IMG/VR virus record: IMGVR_UViG_3300031993_000021
Length of the DNA: 64,000 nucleotides
Direction: 5' to 3' (one strand)
Source of the DNA: a virus
Lineage: Duplodnaviria; Heunggongvirae; Uroviricota; Caudoviricetes
The position numbers were made by a program, and so were the translations under genes. Below, in pieces: positions 1 to 8,959 of the stretch (position 1 is its first letter; every line of letters begins with the position of its first letter). The notes beneath the pieces are model-generated. The model ran no database searches. It saw nothing but the letters and a program-made list of their open reading frames with translations, and was not told where the DNA came from.

Positions 1-52
1 CACGTTCTTTTTTTGTAGCAAGAATCAATACACAAAAAATACATACTAATTA

Positions 53-79
53 TTGACAAATACACAAAAAACTTATAAA
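53..79 (+). promoter_or_regulatory. possible sigma-A type promoter (TTGACA ... TATAAA) upstream of hicB-like gene
   Basis: TTGACA at 53-58 and TATAAA at 74-79; the spacer is short (15 nt), so this is weak. Confidence 0.2.
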
Positions 80-131
80 GAGATGGGGGCTTTGATAGCT
101 CCCAGCCCTTTTAAAAAATAGGAGGTAACAT

Positions 132-545
132 ATGGTTGTTGTATATCCGGTGATTTTTACAAAGACTAATGATGCAAAAGATACATACTTAATTGAGATA
201 CCTGATCTAAAAGGTATGACGGAAGGATATGGACTTGCTGATGCGATTAAAATGGCTAGAGATTACATTGGTTGCCATTGTTATGATAAAGCGGATGCTG
301 ATATGCCTGTGGCAAATTCGCTCAATGATGTGGATGTTTCAAAAGGTGAGTTCTTTGAAGATGGTGAGTCGGAAATATCGCTGGTTGACGTGGATGTGGA
401 CGGGTACAGAAAGAAAATGAGTAATAGGGCAGTAAGACGCAATGTTAGCATTCCATTTTGGCTCAATGAGGCAGCAGATAAACAGCATATTAATGTATCT
501 AAAGTGTTACAAGAAGCTCTTATGGAGAAATTAAACATGGCCTGA
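132..545 (+). CDS. HicB-family antitoxin-like protein with C-terminal ribbon-helix-helix
   Basis: N-terminal VYPVIFTK...YLIEIPDL...GYGLADAIKMARDYI matches the HicB/UPF0150 fold pattern. The C-terminus has an RHH-like SIPFWLNEAADKQHINVSKVLQEALMEKL. There is an AGGAGG RBS. No HicA gene is visible upstream. Confidence 0.5.
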   Translation: MVVVYPVIFTKTNDAKDTYLIEIPDLKGMTEGYGLADAIKMARDYIGCHCYDKADADMPVANSLNDVDVSKGEFFEDGESEISLVDVDVDGYRKKMSNRAVRRNVSIPFWLNEAADKQHINVSKVLQEALMEKLNMA

Positions 546-551
546 AAATAA

Positions 552-588
552 AAGAACGTGCAGCTTGATATGCCACACGTTCTTTTTT
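552..588. terminator. bidirectional rho-independent terminator
   Basis: AAGAACGTG ... CACGTTCTT stem followed by a T-run; A-run on the other side; sits between convergent genes. Confidence 0.55.
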
Positions 589-591
589 ATT

Positions 592-1725
592 TCAACCAAC
601 ATATTTTTTTTCAACCTTATTTGAAGCAATTATACTTGCTATGCTCAACTTGTCTTCATCAGATACAAAGCATCCCTGTGCACGTATAGGCTTGTTACCG
701 CCTTTTTTGATAAGCATATCGCCTTTACCAAAGAGCTTTTCTGCTCCGGTCTCGTCTAAGATGATACGGGATTCCATAGCGCTTGAAGTATTAAGGGCAA
801 TCCTGAAAGGAAAATTAGCCTTGATAAGACCTGTTACAACGTCGTGTCGTGGCGACTGTGTACCTAAAATCAGGTGTATACCACAACCCCTAGCTTTTTG
901 CGCGAGTCTTACGATATAGTCCTCAACTTCTCTGTTCTTTAAGATTAGATCAGCAAATTCGTCAATAATACATATCTTTCGAGATAGCCTATATCCTTTA
1001 GATTGATATTCGTCAATGTCGTCGCATCCATGTTCAGCAAGGAAAGAATACCTAGACTCCATAGAGTCGCACAGCTCAGCTAGAAGAGAATAAGCATCAT
1101 TTTCGTTGCTTACAAGATTGATAGGAGTATCTTTGTACTTTGTGTACTCAGTCCCCTTCATGTCAATAACGCTGATGATATTCCCTGTAATGTCGGGATT
1201 TGAGGGGGTAGAGTAGGTGTTGTGCATAAGCAGCGAAGCGATGATAGCGTGGATTGTTTCAGATTTACCGCTTCCTGTCGTTCCAGCAATGAGGATATGC
1301 GGAGCCTTGGCTATATCCGTATAGATAAGCTTACCGCTTAAATCTTGACCAAGGACTACAGAAGTCATGCTCGTGTTGTTATGAAAGTCTGACGTATAGA
1401 GTCTACCAAAGGGGATGACGTTAAACGCGCCTTGGCGCTCAATAACAATCGTATCAGCAGTTTGATAGTACGATACGTTATCGGAGCAAAGGGCAGCAGC
1501 TAACGTGGACTCAATAGCCTTCTTGGCGCGTAGGATCTTCCCGTTAAGAGTTACATCCAAGGGAAGGTTAAGAACGTACCTGACCACCTGTGCACTTTCC
1601 TTAACGTCATTGACCTTTAGGCCGTACTGCTCAAATATTCTGTTGATGTTCTCAATGTCCTGTGATTTACAAGGATAGCTATTGAATGTATAGCTAGTGT
1701 TTAGATTTAGTCCTCTGAATGCCAT
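592..1725 (-). CDS. FtsK/SpoIIIE-family DNA translocase-like ATPase
   Basis: Walker A GTTGSGKSE, Walker B IIDEFADL, Q-rich LILGTQSP motif; typical of conjugative or mobile element FtsK-like proteins. Confidence 0.7.
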   Translation of the reverse strand: MAFRGLNLNTSYTFNSYPCKSQDIENINRIFEQYGLKVNDVKESAQVVRYVLNLPLDVTLNGKILRAKKAIESTLAAALCSDNVSYYQTADTIVIERQGAFNVIPFGRLYTSDFHNNTSMTSVVLGQDLSGKLIYTDIAKAPHILIAGTTGSGKSETIHAIIASLLMHNTYSTPSNPDITGNIISVIDMKGTEYTKYKDTPINLVSNENDAYSLLAELCDSMESRYSFLAEHGCDDIDEYQSKGYRLSRKICIIDEFADLILKNREVEDYIVRLAQKARGCGIHLILGTQSPRHDVVTGLIKANFPFRIALNTSSAMESRIILDETGAEKLFGKGDMLIKKGGNKPIRAQGCFVSDEDKLSIASIIASNKVEKKYVG

Positions 1726-1743
1726 GTTTTAACCTTCTCTCAA

Positions 1744-1929
1744 TCATCTCTCATATACTACAAGCTCGCCCTCAGCGTCGCCGGAGTGCTTGCTATTCCA
1801 CCAGAATGCAACGTCTTCAAGAGTCTCGCATTCTTCCTCAACTCCCCAGTATGTTCTTGCTTCCTGTACCTGCTCGTCATCGAACTGTACCTCTTTGTCA
1901 TAATTTTTTGCAATGTACTTCATTTTCAA
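1744..1929 (-). CDS. hypothetical small acidic protein
   Basis: ORF tightly coupled to neighbours on the minus strand. Confidence 0.35.
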   Translation of the reverse strand: MKMKYIAKNYDKEVQFDDEQVQEARTYWGVEEECETLEDVAFWWNSKHSGDAEGELVVYER

Positions 1930-2183
1930 ATTCCTCCATTTTCTTCAACCGCCTCGCGGTTAATTTTCATATCATCCGGGTAAAAAATATCAAGCATAGC
2001 CTCAATAGGTTCATGCAACAGATCAGCAAGAAGGAAGAGAGTATCTATATCAACTCGGATAGATTCCTCCTTGACGCGCTTGTTGAAATTGCCTTGATTC
2101 AATCTATTCTCGGCGCAGAAATTCGCTAGGCTATTATAGCCATGCTTTTTAAGCACTGCGCGAAAGCGTTCTTTTCTACTCAT
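1926..2183 (-). CDS. XRE-like helix-turn-helix DNA-binding protein
   Basis: N-terminal KERFRAVLKKHGYNSLANFCAENRLNQGNFNKRV is HTH-like; overlapping stop/start with neighbours. Confidence 0.4.
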   Translation of the reverse strand: MSRKERFRAVLKKHGYNSLANFCAENRLNQGNFNKRVKEESIRVDIDTLFLLADLLHEPIEAMLDIFYPDDMKINREAVEENGGI

Positions 2184-2425
2184 TTAGTCACCTTCTCAGT
2201 CAAAACTCCGTCAATCACTTCAACGATAACATCACCGTCGAAGTGATTCTCTGCTTCTTCGTCAGGGTTAACAGACTCAAGCACATAGAACGCCTCGCGT
2301 CTTTTCTTGTCGTGGGCTGTAAGTCCTTCCCATGTGTTTTTGGCTGCAATAAGGGCAGCAGCTCTGTCGTTAAATTCTTCGGTGAACATGTCACCGCCAA
2401 CCATATCAATTAATACATATACCAT
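2180..2425 (-). CDS. hypothetical protein
   Basis: ORF in operon context. Confidence 0.35.
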   Translation of the reverse strand: MVYVLIDMVGGDMFTEEFNDRAAALIAAKNTWEGLTAHDKKRREAFYVLESVNPDEEAENHFDGDVIVEVIDGVLTEKVTK

Positions 2426-2492
2426 GATTATATCCTCTCATTCTTCAAAAATTTAATTATTCAACTAATTATATCAGCTTTTCGGCAGCAGG

Positions 2493-2765
2493 TTAACAAT
2501 TAATTGAATAGATGAAATTGTACATTTCCTCCATGTCACTAATGCAATCCGGTTCGCTAGTCAATGTTTTAAGATAATCAATAAGCTCAATGTAAGAATT
2601 CTGGTCAATGTCGGAGTTTTGTTGCGCCCATATTTTAAGTAAAGCATCCAAACTCTTCCCGTGTTCCTCAATTGATACCTGATCAAGTTCAGATCTCACT
2701 GTATCATTGACCGTGAAGAAGCATCTAACAAGTGATAGAAGTGTGTTATACCTTTGTCTGTTCAT
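2493..2765 (-). CDS. hypothetical protein
   Basis: ORF in operon context. Confidence 0.35.
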   Translation of the reverse strand: MNRQRYNTLLSLVRCFFTVNDTVRSELDQVSIEEHGKSLDALLKIWAQQNSDIDQNSYIELIDYLKTLTSEPDCISDMEEMYNFIYSINC

Positions 2766-2812
2766 GTCTATACCTCAATCAACTAGCCCCCCGAAGGGAG
2801 CTAGATTATATA

Positions 2813-4624
2813 TTAGCGTTGCCAGGTGTCAATAATTGGACATTCTCCAAGATCCTTATAGTAGTTAAGAACGTTTGGAAATAGAACATCGTAATTATAT
2901 GATTCTGTCATACGCTCATTTATGCGCCGATGTGTTACAGATTCAGGAAGCAGGGGCTTAATGCCTCTATATATTAAACAGTCCTTAGAATCTCTAATAA
3001 ATGCCGTGGAACACTTGCGCCCGTTCATAAGCTCAACATAATAGCCGCTATACTGCGCATATGTTCCGGACTTTATTCCGGTGACGATACCAGAACCGCC
3101 ATAAATATTATTTAAAATCCATCCGTCACACTGATATATTGTAATCTCATCACCGATTACAATAGATTCAATCTGTTCAGAGAGTGGAGCGGGGAAGTAA
3201 AAAGGCTCCTTTGTCTTAGACTCTTGAGCCTGTGCCTTGAGTTCCTTCGAAGCTGTCAATATCTCGGAAGTGTCTGAGAGAATATAAACATAACGTGCAT
3301 AGTCATAGCCTTGAGGATCAATGATTAACTGTAATTTGTCATTTAGATAAATGGCTACACATTTATTACAGTAAAATTTGACGCTCTCGCGCTGTTCAGT
3401 ATTGAGTTGATACAGCTCTTTGATTTCTTCAAGTCTGACATCCTCGGAAGCTGTGCCGCCCTGACGGGCTAAAAATTCAAAATCACATAGAAACATAGAA
3501 GTAAATCTTTCATATGCTTCCGGACTTGTGAAGCGCACAGCGCGAGTTATTAAAGCGTCATTGTAATGTGGACATTCTTTAATTGACTCGTTGAGTTCTT
3601 CCATGTTGCATTCTTTGCCACAACCGCCAACAAGCGAAGTAATATAAATGCGGTCAAGTTCGGGCAAATCTTCAATAATTGCATCGTTGTAAATAAGCTG
3701 TTCCGACTCTCTGATCCATTTTTCGTGTTTTTCAGATTCTATGCGGGCGCGTTCCTGTTCTTCTCTGTATGCCTTCAATGCTTCTTCTTGCTGTCTGATT
3801 TCCTCGGCTATCTCTGCATCGTATGCGGTGCGCTCTGTCTCGGTCATTTTCTCGCGGGGTTCAAAGTCGGCTGGCTTCTTCAATTCTATGTCGAGATAAT
3901 AGCCAACATCAAAATAGTCCGTCATTATGTCGCTGTTGTTATAGTTCCACTGATTAGCTATTTCAAAAATTTTACATACACGTTCATAAAATGCCGTTGT
4001 AAGCTCCCAATAGTATTTTCTACCTTTATAATTATGAGCAATATTTAGACTTGAAAGCTTCTTAATGTTATACATTAAATAGCTATTATATGCGTTTTCT
4101 TGTTCTTCGGGTGTCATGTGTTCCCATTCTGACATATACAGCCAACGATCCCCAATATATGCGTCACGGTCTACCTCAAGAGTAAAGGCGGACATGTTGA
4201 AGCGTTTTTTCGCTTCCTCGATGCTTACAAAGTCGGGTGAAGATGCTTTAATGGTTAAAGTAATGCCGGTAGTATATCCGCTGCGCCCACTGCGGACAGT
4301 TACACCCTTAACGCCTCGGCGCTTCAACTCTTCACGGATTACTTTGGCAAGGTCTGAGCCGCAGCAAATTAACTCTTTATGTCCAACGCCATCCATGTTA
4401 ATACAATCGGCAGCAGGAGCCACAACGGGAGCGGGTGCAAGGTCGCCAAGTGAACGCGCAAAGGTTAGACGGTCTGCGGTCTGTTTTGCATACCAGAATT
4501 TTTTAGCATTGTGCCACCTGAACCCCTGCGCCTTAACTGCTGCGAGTGTGTCGGCGCTCGGCTTAGCCTCAAAAATTAACTCGATTCCATTCTTTTCATT
4601 GTTCAAATTAACTGTAATATTCAT
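2813..4624 (-). CDS. large modular hypothetical protein (603 aa) with small N-terminal domain and central coiled-coil, mobile-element type
   Basis: Long ORF with an RBS; N-terminal about 60-aa domain; central charged coiled-coil region (EEIRQQEEALKAYREEQERARIESEKHEKW); Cys cluster GGCGKEC...ECPHY. Confidence 0.45.
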   Translation of the reverse strand: MNITVNLNNEKNGIELIFEAKPSADTLAAVKAQGFRWHNAKKFWYAKQTADRLTFARSLGDLAPAPVVAPAADCINMDGVGHKELICCGSDLAKVIREELKRRGVKGVTVRSGRSGYTTGITLTIKASSPDFVSIEEAKKRFNMSAFTLEVDRDAYIGDRWLYMSEWEHMTPEEQENAYNSYLMYNIKKLSSLNIAHNYKGRKYYWELTTAFYERVCKIFEIANQWNYNNSDIMTDYFDVGYYLDIELKKPADFEPREKMTETERTAYDAEIAEEIRQQEEALKAYREEQERARIESEKHEKWIRESEQLIYNDAIIEDLPELDRIYITSLVGGCGKECNMEELNESIKECPHYNDALITRAVRFTSPEAYERFTSMFLCDFEFLARQGGTASEDVRLEEIKELYQLNTEQRESVKFYCNKCVAIYLNDKLQLIIDPQGYDYARYVYILSDTSEILTASKELKAQAQESKTKEPFYFPAPLSEQIESIVIGDEITIYQCDGWILNNIYGGSGIVTGIKSGTYAQYSGYYVELMNGRKCSTAFIRDSKDCLIYRGIKPLLPESVTHRRINERMTESYNYDVLFPNVLNYYKDLGECPIIDTWQR

Positions 4625-4859
4625 GTTTTTAACCTCTCAAAAAATAATCTATTAACATGTATAGTATATTATACATTAAATAATTAGGCAAGTAATTATT
4701 TATTATTTTGTGGAATTTTTAAAAAAATTTTTTGAATGCTGCAAAGTTAGATAAAACAAGGAAATGAGATATATTGATAGCTTGATCAAGATAAAACAGA
4801 GTAGATATATTTATAAAAGGTGTGTACACTATATTTAACGGGTGTTTAGAGGTAAAAGA

Positions 4860-5552
4860 ATGAACATTGATAGAATGATTACTAATACTATAGAAGGATT
4901 CAAGGACGGACGCGCAACCGGCGCGGATGATTTAAGAACATTACTCGAATCGGATTATTTGACCGACGAAATAAAAGATTCTATATATAGAAGATTCACG
5001 GCAGACATAGAAGAATTTATAAATGATTATTTGACGCGAAGCGAGGACAAGAACGCAAGAAAAGGCATGATTTATTGTAACCTTGAAACATGGCAAGCGT
5101 GTTCTGATGATATAGGGAGATACTACTTTAAGCAAAATAAATATTTAGTTGAAAGTCACCGCAGGGGGGGAGCGTATCGCGAGGAACTTCTAATACTAGC
5201 GATGGAAGTATACGAACATTTTTGCAGACTATATCGGAAGCAGTTTTTTATTTACGATTGTGCTATGTTCCTAGGGATAACGCGCGAGACGATATACGAA
5301 TTAAGTAACAAATACTCTGACATGTTGAAAAAGGCGCACACCATGCAAGAATCTAGCATGCGCACTGCTTTAGCAAGTGGGCGATCCAACGTAACAGCAA
5401 TGGCAATTTTACTGAATCATGATTATGACTACACAAGAACGACTCAAGTCGTACATACAGTCGATAGAATTAAATCTGCGGACACACTTCCAACGTTGAA
5501 TATTGACGAAGAAACAAAATCTGACAGCTACCAGAATGAAGAAAAGCTTTGA
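4860..5552 (+). CDS. putative terminase small subunit (HTH, Terminase_2-like)
   Basis: GAGGT RBS then ATG at 4860; HTH FLGITRETIYELS; RSNVTAMAILLNHDYD resembles the TerS SxxSAxxxxxRLLxN motif; first gene of the long rightward operon; not adjacent to TerL. Confidence 0.35.
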   Translation: MNIDRMITNTIEGFKDGRATGADDLRTLLESDYLTDEIKDSIYRRFTADIEEFINDYLTRSEDKNARKGMIYCNLETWQACSDDIGRYYFKQNKYLVESHRRGGAYREELLILAMEVYEHFCRLYRKQFFIYDCAMFLGITRETIYELSNKYSDMLKKAHTMQESSMRTALASGRSNVTAMAILLNHDYDYTRTTQVVHTVDRIKSADTLPTLNIDEETKSDSYQNEEKL

Positions 5553-5776
5553 AAAGTGCATGGTTACTAGGTTTCACAGTATGAGTACATATGTTTACTA
5601 TTGCGCAAAATCATAATTTTACGAAAATCTGAACTAATGTTCAATCAATAGGGGGTAGGGGTTGCATACCGGACGCCCCCCAGGGGTAGGCTTAGCCCCT
5701 CAGTCACTCAAAATCCAAAAGTGGGTAATACAAATGGCTCAACCATGAGGGGTTACCCCAATTTTAAGGAGGAGAT

Positions 5777-6142
5777 ATGCCAAGCAAAAACACATCAGTA
5801 ATAAGTGCAAGGGTAAGGGATGATATAGCGGTGAAACTCGGAGAAATAGCGGAAAGAAAAGGAATCACCATTGCAAAGCTGATAGAAGACATGGTTGAGA
5901 AATATGAAACAGACGAAGAAAAAGGGGTTACCCCTCATGGTTATGGGCTTTTCGAGGAAATTGACACTCCATTAGGCATAAAACTTGAGAAACAGATGGA
6001 GAGATTAAGAGAAGGGGAGTATCCTGAACGGTTTATAAAGAATTTTGAAGATACGATTCTAAATGGAGTAAGGGAACAGATAGAGATGCTGCCGAAGAAA
6101 TTCAACTCAAAGAGAATGAAGAGTGATGATTGGGGGTGCTGA
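5777..6142 (+). CDS. ribbon-helix-helix domain protein
   Basis: SVISARVRDDIAVKLGEIAERKGITIAKLIEDMV is a CopG/Arc-like RHH; AGGAGG RBS. Confidence 0.45.
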   Translation: MPSKNTSVISARVRDDIAVKLGEIAERKGITIAKLIEDMVEKYETDEEKGVTPHGYGLFEEIDTPLGIKLEKQMERLREGEYPERFIKNFEDTILNGVREQIEMLPKKFNSKRMKSDDWGC

Positions 6143-6396
6143 GGATGCCTACTAAAGATTCCATGATAAAGACCGCGAGGATTACACAGGAAACATGGCG
6201 AAAGATGGAAGCATACATGGACAGGGAGGATGTGACTTTCTCAGGAGCGATAAGAAAGCTGGTTGATGAAGCGGATATTCCGAAGCAGAGAAGAGAGTTT
6301 GTTGATACGAAAGAGCTGGTAGACCTCTGTGAAAGGATGAATATCGAACCACAGACATTAATAGATGGGCTTGTAAGGGAGTTAAAGCGGGGATGA
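6130..6396 (+). CDS. ribbon-helix-helix domain protein
   Basis: TARITQETWRKMEAYMDREDVTFSGAIRKLVDEA RHH pattern. Confidence 0.4.
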   Translation: MGVLRMPTKDSMIKTARITQETWRKMEAYMDREDVTFSGAIRKLVDEADIPKQRREFVDTKELVDLCERMNIEPQTLIDGLVRELKRG

Positions 6397-6525
6397 GCAG
6401 TAGTAAGACACAGACAAGGACGATACGTATAAAGAATGAGACAGCGGACTTCTTTAGGGACAAGCCATTAAACAAAGTAGTTGAGAACGTGCATGACCTG
6501 GCGAAAAAGAAAGACATAGAGGTAT

Positions 6526-6903
6526 ATGAGAATGGGAAAATTGTTTTACTCGGTGGACGGTGAGCATTTTGAGGAGCTGGGGCATGTAACTGACATCGAG
6601 CTTTCAGATGAAGAGGAAGAGATAGCGGAGAGATATTTCGTGTCAGATTCGTTTGAAGCATCCATACCTAAATCAGAAAGTGACAAGTTATTCCGCAGTA
6701 TATTAGGTCAGAGCGCGTATAACTCGATGAAACTAAAGCAAGACGGATATTTAAGTCCTGAGAATGGGTGGTTTACACCGGGAGAGAGTTCAATTATAAG
6801 ACTTTCACAAGAGATTGTAGAGAAGATCAAAAAGAAAGAACGTGTGAGGTGGATGCATGACAAAGAAAGAGAAAGAAGCACTAAATCAGGCAGTGAAGAA
6901 TGA
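6526..6903 (+). CDS. hypothetical acidic protein
   Basis: ORF in operon. Confidence 0.35.
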   Translation: MRMGKLFYSVDGEHFEELGHVTDIELSDEEEEIAERYFVSDSFEASIPKSESDKLFRSILGQSAYNSMKLKQDGYLSPENGWFTPGESSIIRLSQEIVEKIKKKERVRWMHDKERERSTKSGSEE

Positions 6904-7048
6904 GTTCTTTGACCAGGAAGAGGACCAGATGCGAAAAGGTTATAGAGAGTTTGCAAGGCAGCTTCGTCTAGCACAGGAAGAGATGGGGCTTACACGGTAT
7001 GAGGCAATAATATTCCTGTCAACCTTGATAGGAAATAGCATGAAATAG
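6857..7048 (+). CDS. hypothetical protein
   Basis: small ORF in operon. Confidence 0.3.
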   Translation: MTKKEKEALNQAVKNEFFDQEEDQMRKGYREFARQLRLAQEEMGLTRYEAIIFLSTLIGNSMK

Positions 7049-7061
7049 AGGAGGGGAATGC

Positions 7062-7469
7062 ATGGACACAAGAACCATCAATGAGCATTATGCTGAGATA
7101 GGTGCTGAACTGATTAAGACAGAAGAAGCCCTTGAGAGCATAAGAAACAGTACTGCGACCATTATTTACCTGTCTAGTGAGCATAAAAAGACGGGAAGTG
7201 GGAAGGTTGTGAAAGCACAGTGTGAGAAAATCTCGGATAAGTACAAATGGGGGATACCGTGTGACTTCACGATAACGGTTTTTGAGCCAAACTGTGAAGG
7301 AATGACTGAGGAACAGATGAAGATGCTTATTTTCCATGAGCTTTTGCATGTAAAGATAAGCTACAAGGATGACGGAACGGAAGTTTTCGGCATTAATCCA
7401 CATGATCTAGAAGATTTTAAGTTGATTATTGACAGGTTTGGCACAGATTGGGCGGAGGTTAAGGAATGA
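7062..7469 (+). CDS. SprT-like / putative zinc metallopeptidase domain protein
   Basis: HExxH motif IFHELLHV within a SprT-like context; RBS GAGGAGG. Confidence 0.5.
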   Translation: MDTRTINEHYAEIGAELIKTEEALESIRNSTATIIYLSSEHKKTGSGKVVKAQCEKISDKYKWGIPCDFTITVFEPNCEGMTEEQMKMLIFHELLHVKISYKDDGTEVFGINPHDLEDFKLIIDRFGTDWAEVKE

Positions 7470-8416
7470 TAGCATTTGTTATTGGCATTATTGTTACTAT
7501 TGTGGCATTTATCGTACTGGGAATTGAATTTGGTGAATACGATTTTGTTTGGGGGCTTAAGAAAAGACAGGTATTTTCGCTTTTAGGGCTTATTATATGT
7601 CTTTTAGGCTTCATAAAGACGGTCCCGACAGGTTCAACCGGTATCGTGACAACATTTGGTCGGATTGAGAACATAACCTTGGATGCAGGCATACATTTCA
7701 TGGCACCTTGGAAGAAAGTAGTTAACATGGACAACCGTACACAGAAACAGTCCATAGAAATGCAGTGTTTTAGCTCTGATATTCAGGAAGTAAGCGTTAT
7801 CTACACTGTAAATTACCAGATAAACAAGGCAAATGCGCAGGAAATCTACAGAACGATAGGAAAAGAGTACTTTGACAAGATAGTTATGCCAAAAGCACTT
7901 GAGGCAGTAAAGTCAGTGTTTGCCAAGTATACAGCAGAGGCACTGGTTGCATCAAGAGCGGGGCTTTCAAAAGAGATTGAGGCGGTACTTGTTGATGATT
8001 TAAGCAAGCAGAACATCCAGATTACAGCCACATCTATTGAGAACATTGATTTTACTGATGCTTTCACAAATGCGGTCGAAGCAAAGCAGGTTGCTGAGCA
8101 GAATAAGTTAAAAGCGCAGACAGAGCAGGCACAGGCAACACTTGAAGCACAGGCACAGGCTGAAAGACAGGTAATAAAAGCCCAGGCTGATGCAGATGCA
8201 TCGATTCTTGCAGCAAAAGCAGATGCAGAGGTTGCAAAGATAAGTTCTGACAGTGCACTTTACCAAGGTGAGAAGGAAGCATCCATTTTGCAGAGGGTTG
8301 GAGAACAGCTTGCGAAGTATCCTGACCTTGTAAAGTACAAATACATTGAGGGTTGGGATGGAAAGATGCCGCAGACGATACTTGGAAACTCAGATGTGAT
8401 TATGGATATGAGGTGA
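7466..8416 (+). CDS. SPFH/band-7 (prohibitin/HflC-like) membrane protein
   Basis: Two N-terminal TM segments; band-7 core (GSTGIVTTFGRI...GIHFMAPW...); long Ala/Gln coiled-coil tail (AQTEQAQATLEAQAQAERQ). Confidence 0.7.
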   Translation: MIAFVIGIIVTIVAFIVLGIEFGEYDFVWGLKKRQVFSLLGLIICLLGFIKTVPTGSTGIVTTFGRIENITLDAGIHFMAPWKKVVNMDNRTQKQSIEMQCFSSDIQEVSVIYTVNYQINKANAQEIYRTIGKEYFDKIVMPKALEAVKSVFAKYTAEALVASRAGLSKEIEAVLVDDLSKQNIQITATSIENIDFTDAFTNAVEAKQVAEQNKLKAQTEQAQATLEAQAQAERQVIKAQADADASILAAKADAEVAKISSDSALYQGEKEASILQRVGEQLAKYPDLVKYKYIEGWDGKMPQTILGNSDVIMDMR

Positions 8417-8420
8417 ATAC

Positions 8421-8747
8421 ATGGACAAGATAAATCCTGATTACTACAAAGACAAAACAAGCCTTGAGTGCATAGATGCTATGAGAATTGTATTTGGGGA
8501 TGATGCGGTAGTAAGTTTTTGCATCTGTAACGCATTTACATACATTTGGCGCTGGAAATTTAAGAATGGCGAAGAGGACCTACATAAGGCTGACTGGTTT
8601 CTTCATGCACTGACAAGGTTAAATGCGGAATGCGTTGTGATTCCAGATGAATATTTATCCATGTCAGATAGAATGGCTAATTACATTTTTCATGAACTAG
8701 CTAAAATTGAGTCTGACAGGAGCAAAAACAATGGCAAAAGCGAATAA
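8421..8747 (+). CDS. DUF3310-family phage protein
   Basis: INPDYYK ... ECIDAMR ... NAFTYIWRWKFKNGEEDLHKADWFLHAL pattern. Confidence 0.5.
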   Translation: MDKINPDYYKDKTSLECIDAMRIVFGDDAVVSFCICNAFTYIWRWKFKNGEEDLHKADWFLHALTRLNAECVVIPDEYLSMSDRMANYIFHELAKIESDRSKNNGKSE

Positions 8748-8895
8748 ATGCGACAGATGTGGGAAATTTTTTGAATATCCTGATAAAAGAGAGTGCGAGA
8801 TAGTAAAGTTTGAACCGGGATATGTTCCGATATCGTATGACCTTTGTGATGAATGCTACATAAAGTTCATGGAGTGGCTTAAAAATGATGGATAA
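8731..8895 (+). CDS. small zinc-ribbon protein
   Basis: CDRCGKFF ... CDLCDECY; AGGAG RBS before the ATG at 8731. Confidence 0.4.
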   Translation: MAKANKCDRCGKFFEYPDKRECEIVKFEPGYVPISYDLCDECYIKFMEWLKNDG

Positions 8896-8959
8896 GGTCT
8901 TTTATATAGCATGTTTAGTAGTACTAATACTGCTTATCCTATTTAAGGATTAAAAGAGT

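Noticed and set aside
132-545. Complete HicAB toxin-antitoxin pair
   Set aside because: No HicA-sized ORF upstream within the window. The gene has its own promoter-like sequence, so only a solo HicB-like gene can be claimed.
592-1725. FtsK-like ATPase as an alternative terminase/packaging ATPase
   Set aside because: It is on the opposite strand in a separate module, whereas a conventional TerL sits next to the portal. FtsK/SpoIIIE-type Walker motifs fit translocases of conjugative elements better.
3725-4048. Antisense or nested ORFs inside large genes (e.g. 3725..4048 +, 4116..4655 +, 30835..31062 -, 44680..45069 +, 25026..25223 +)
   Set aside because: They are fully embedded in longer, better-supported genes on the other strand or frame. 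They have no RBS and low-complexity translations, so they are treated as spurious.
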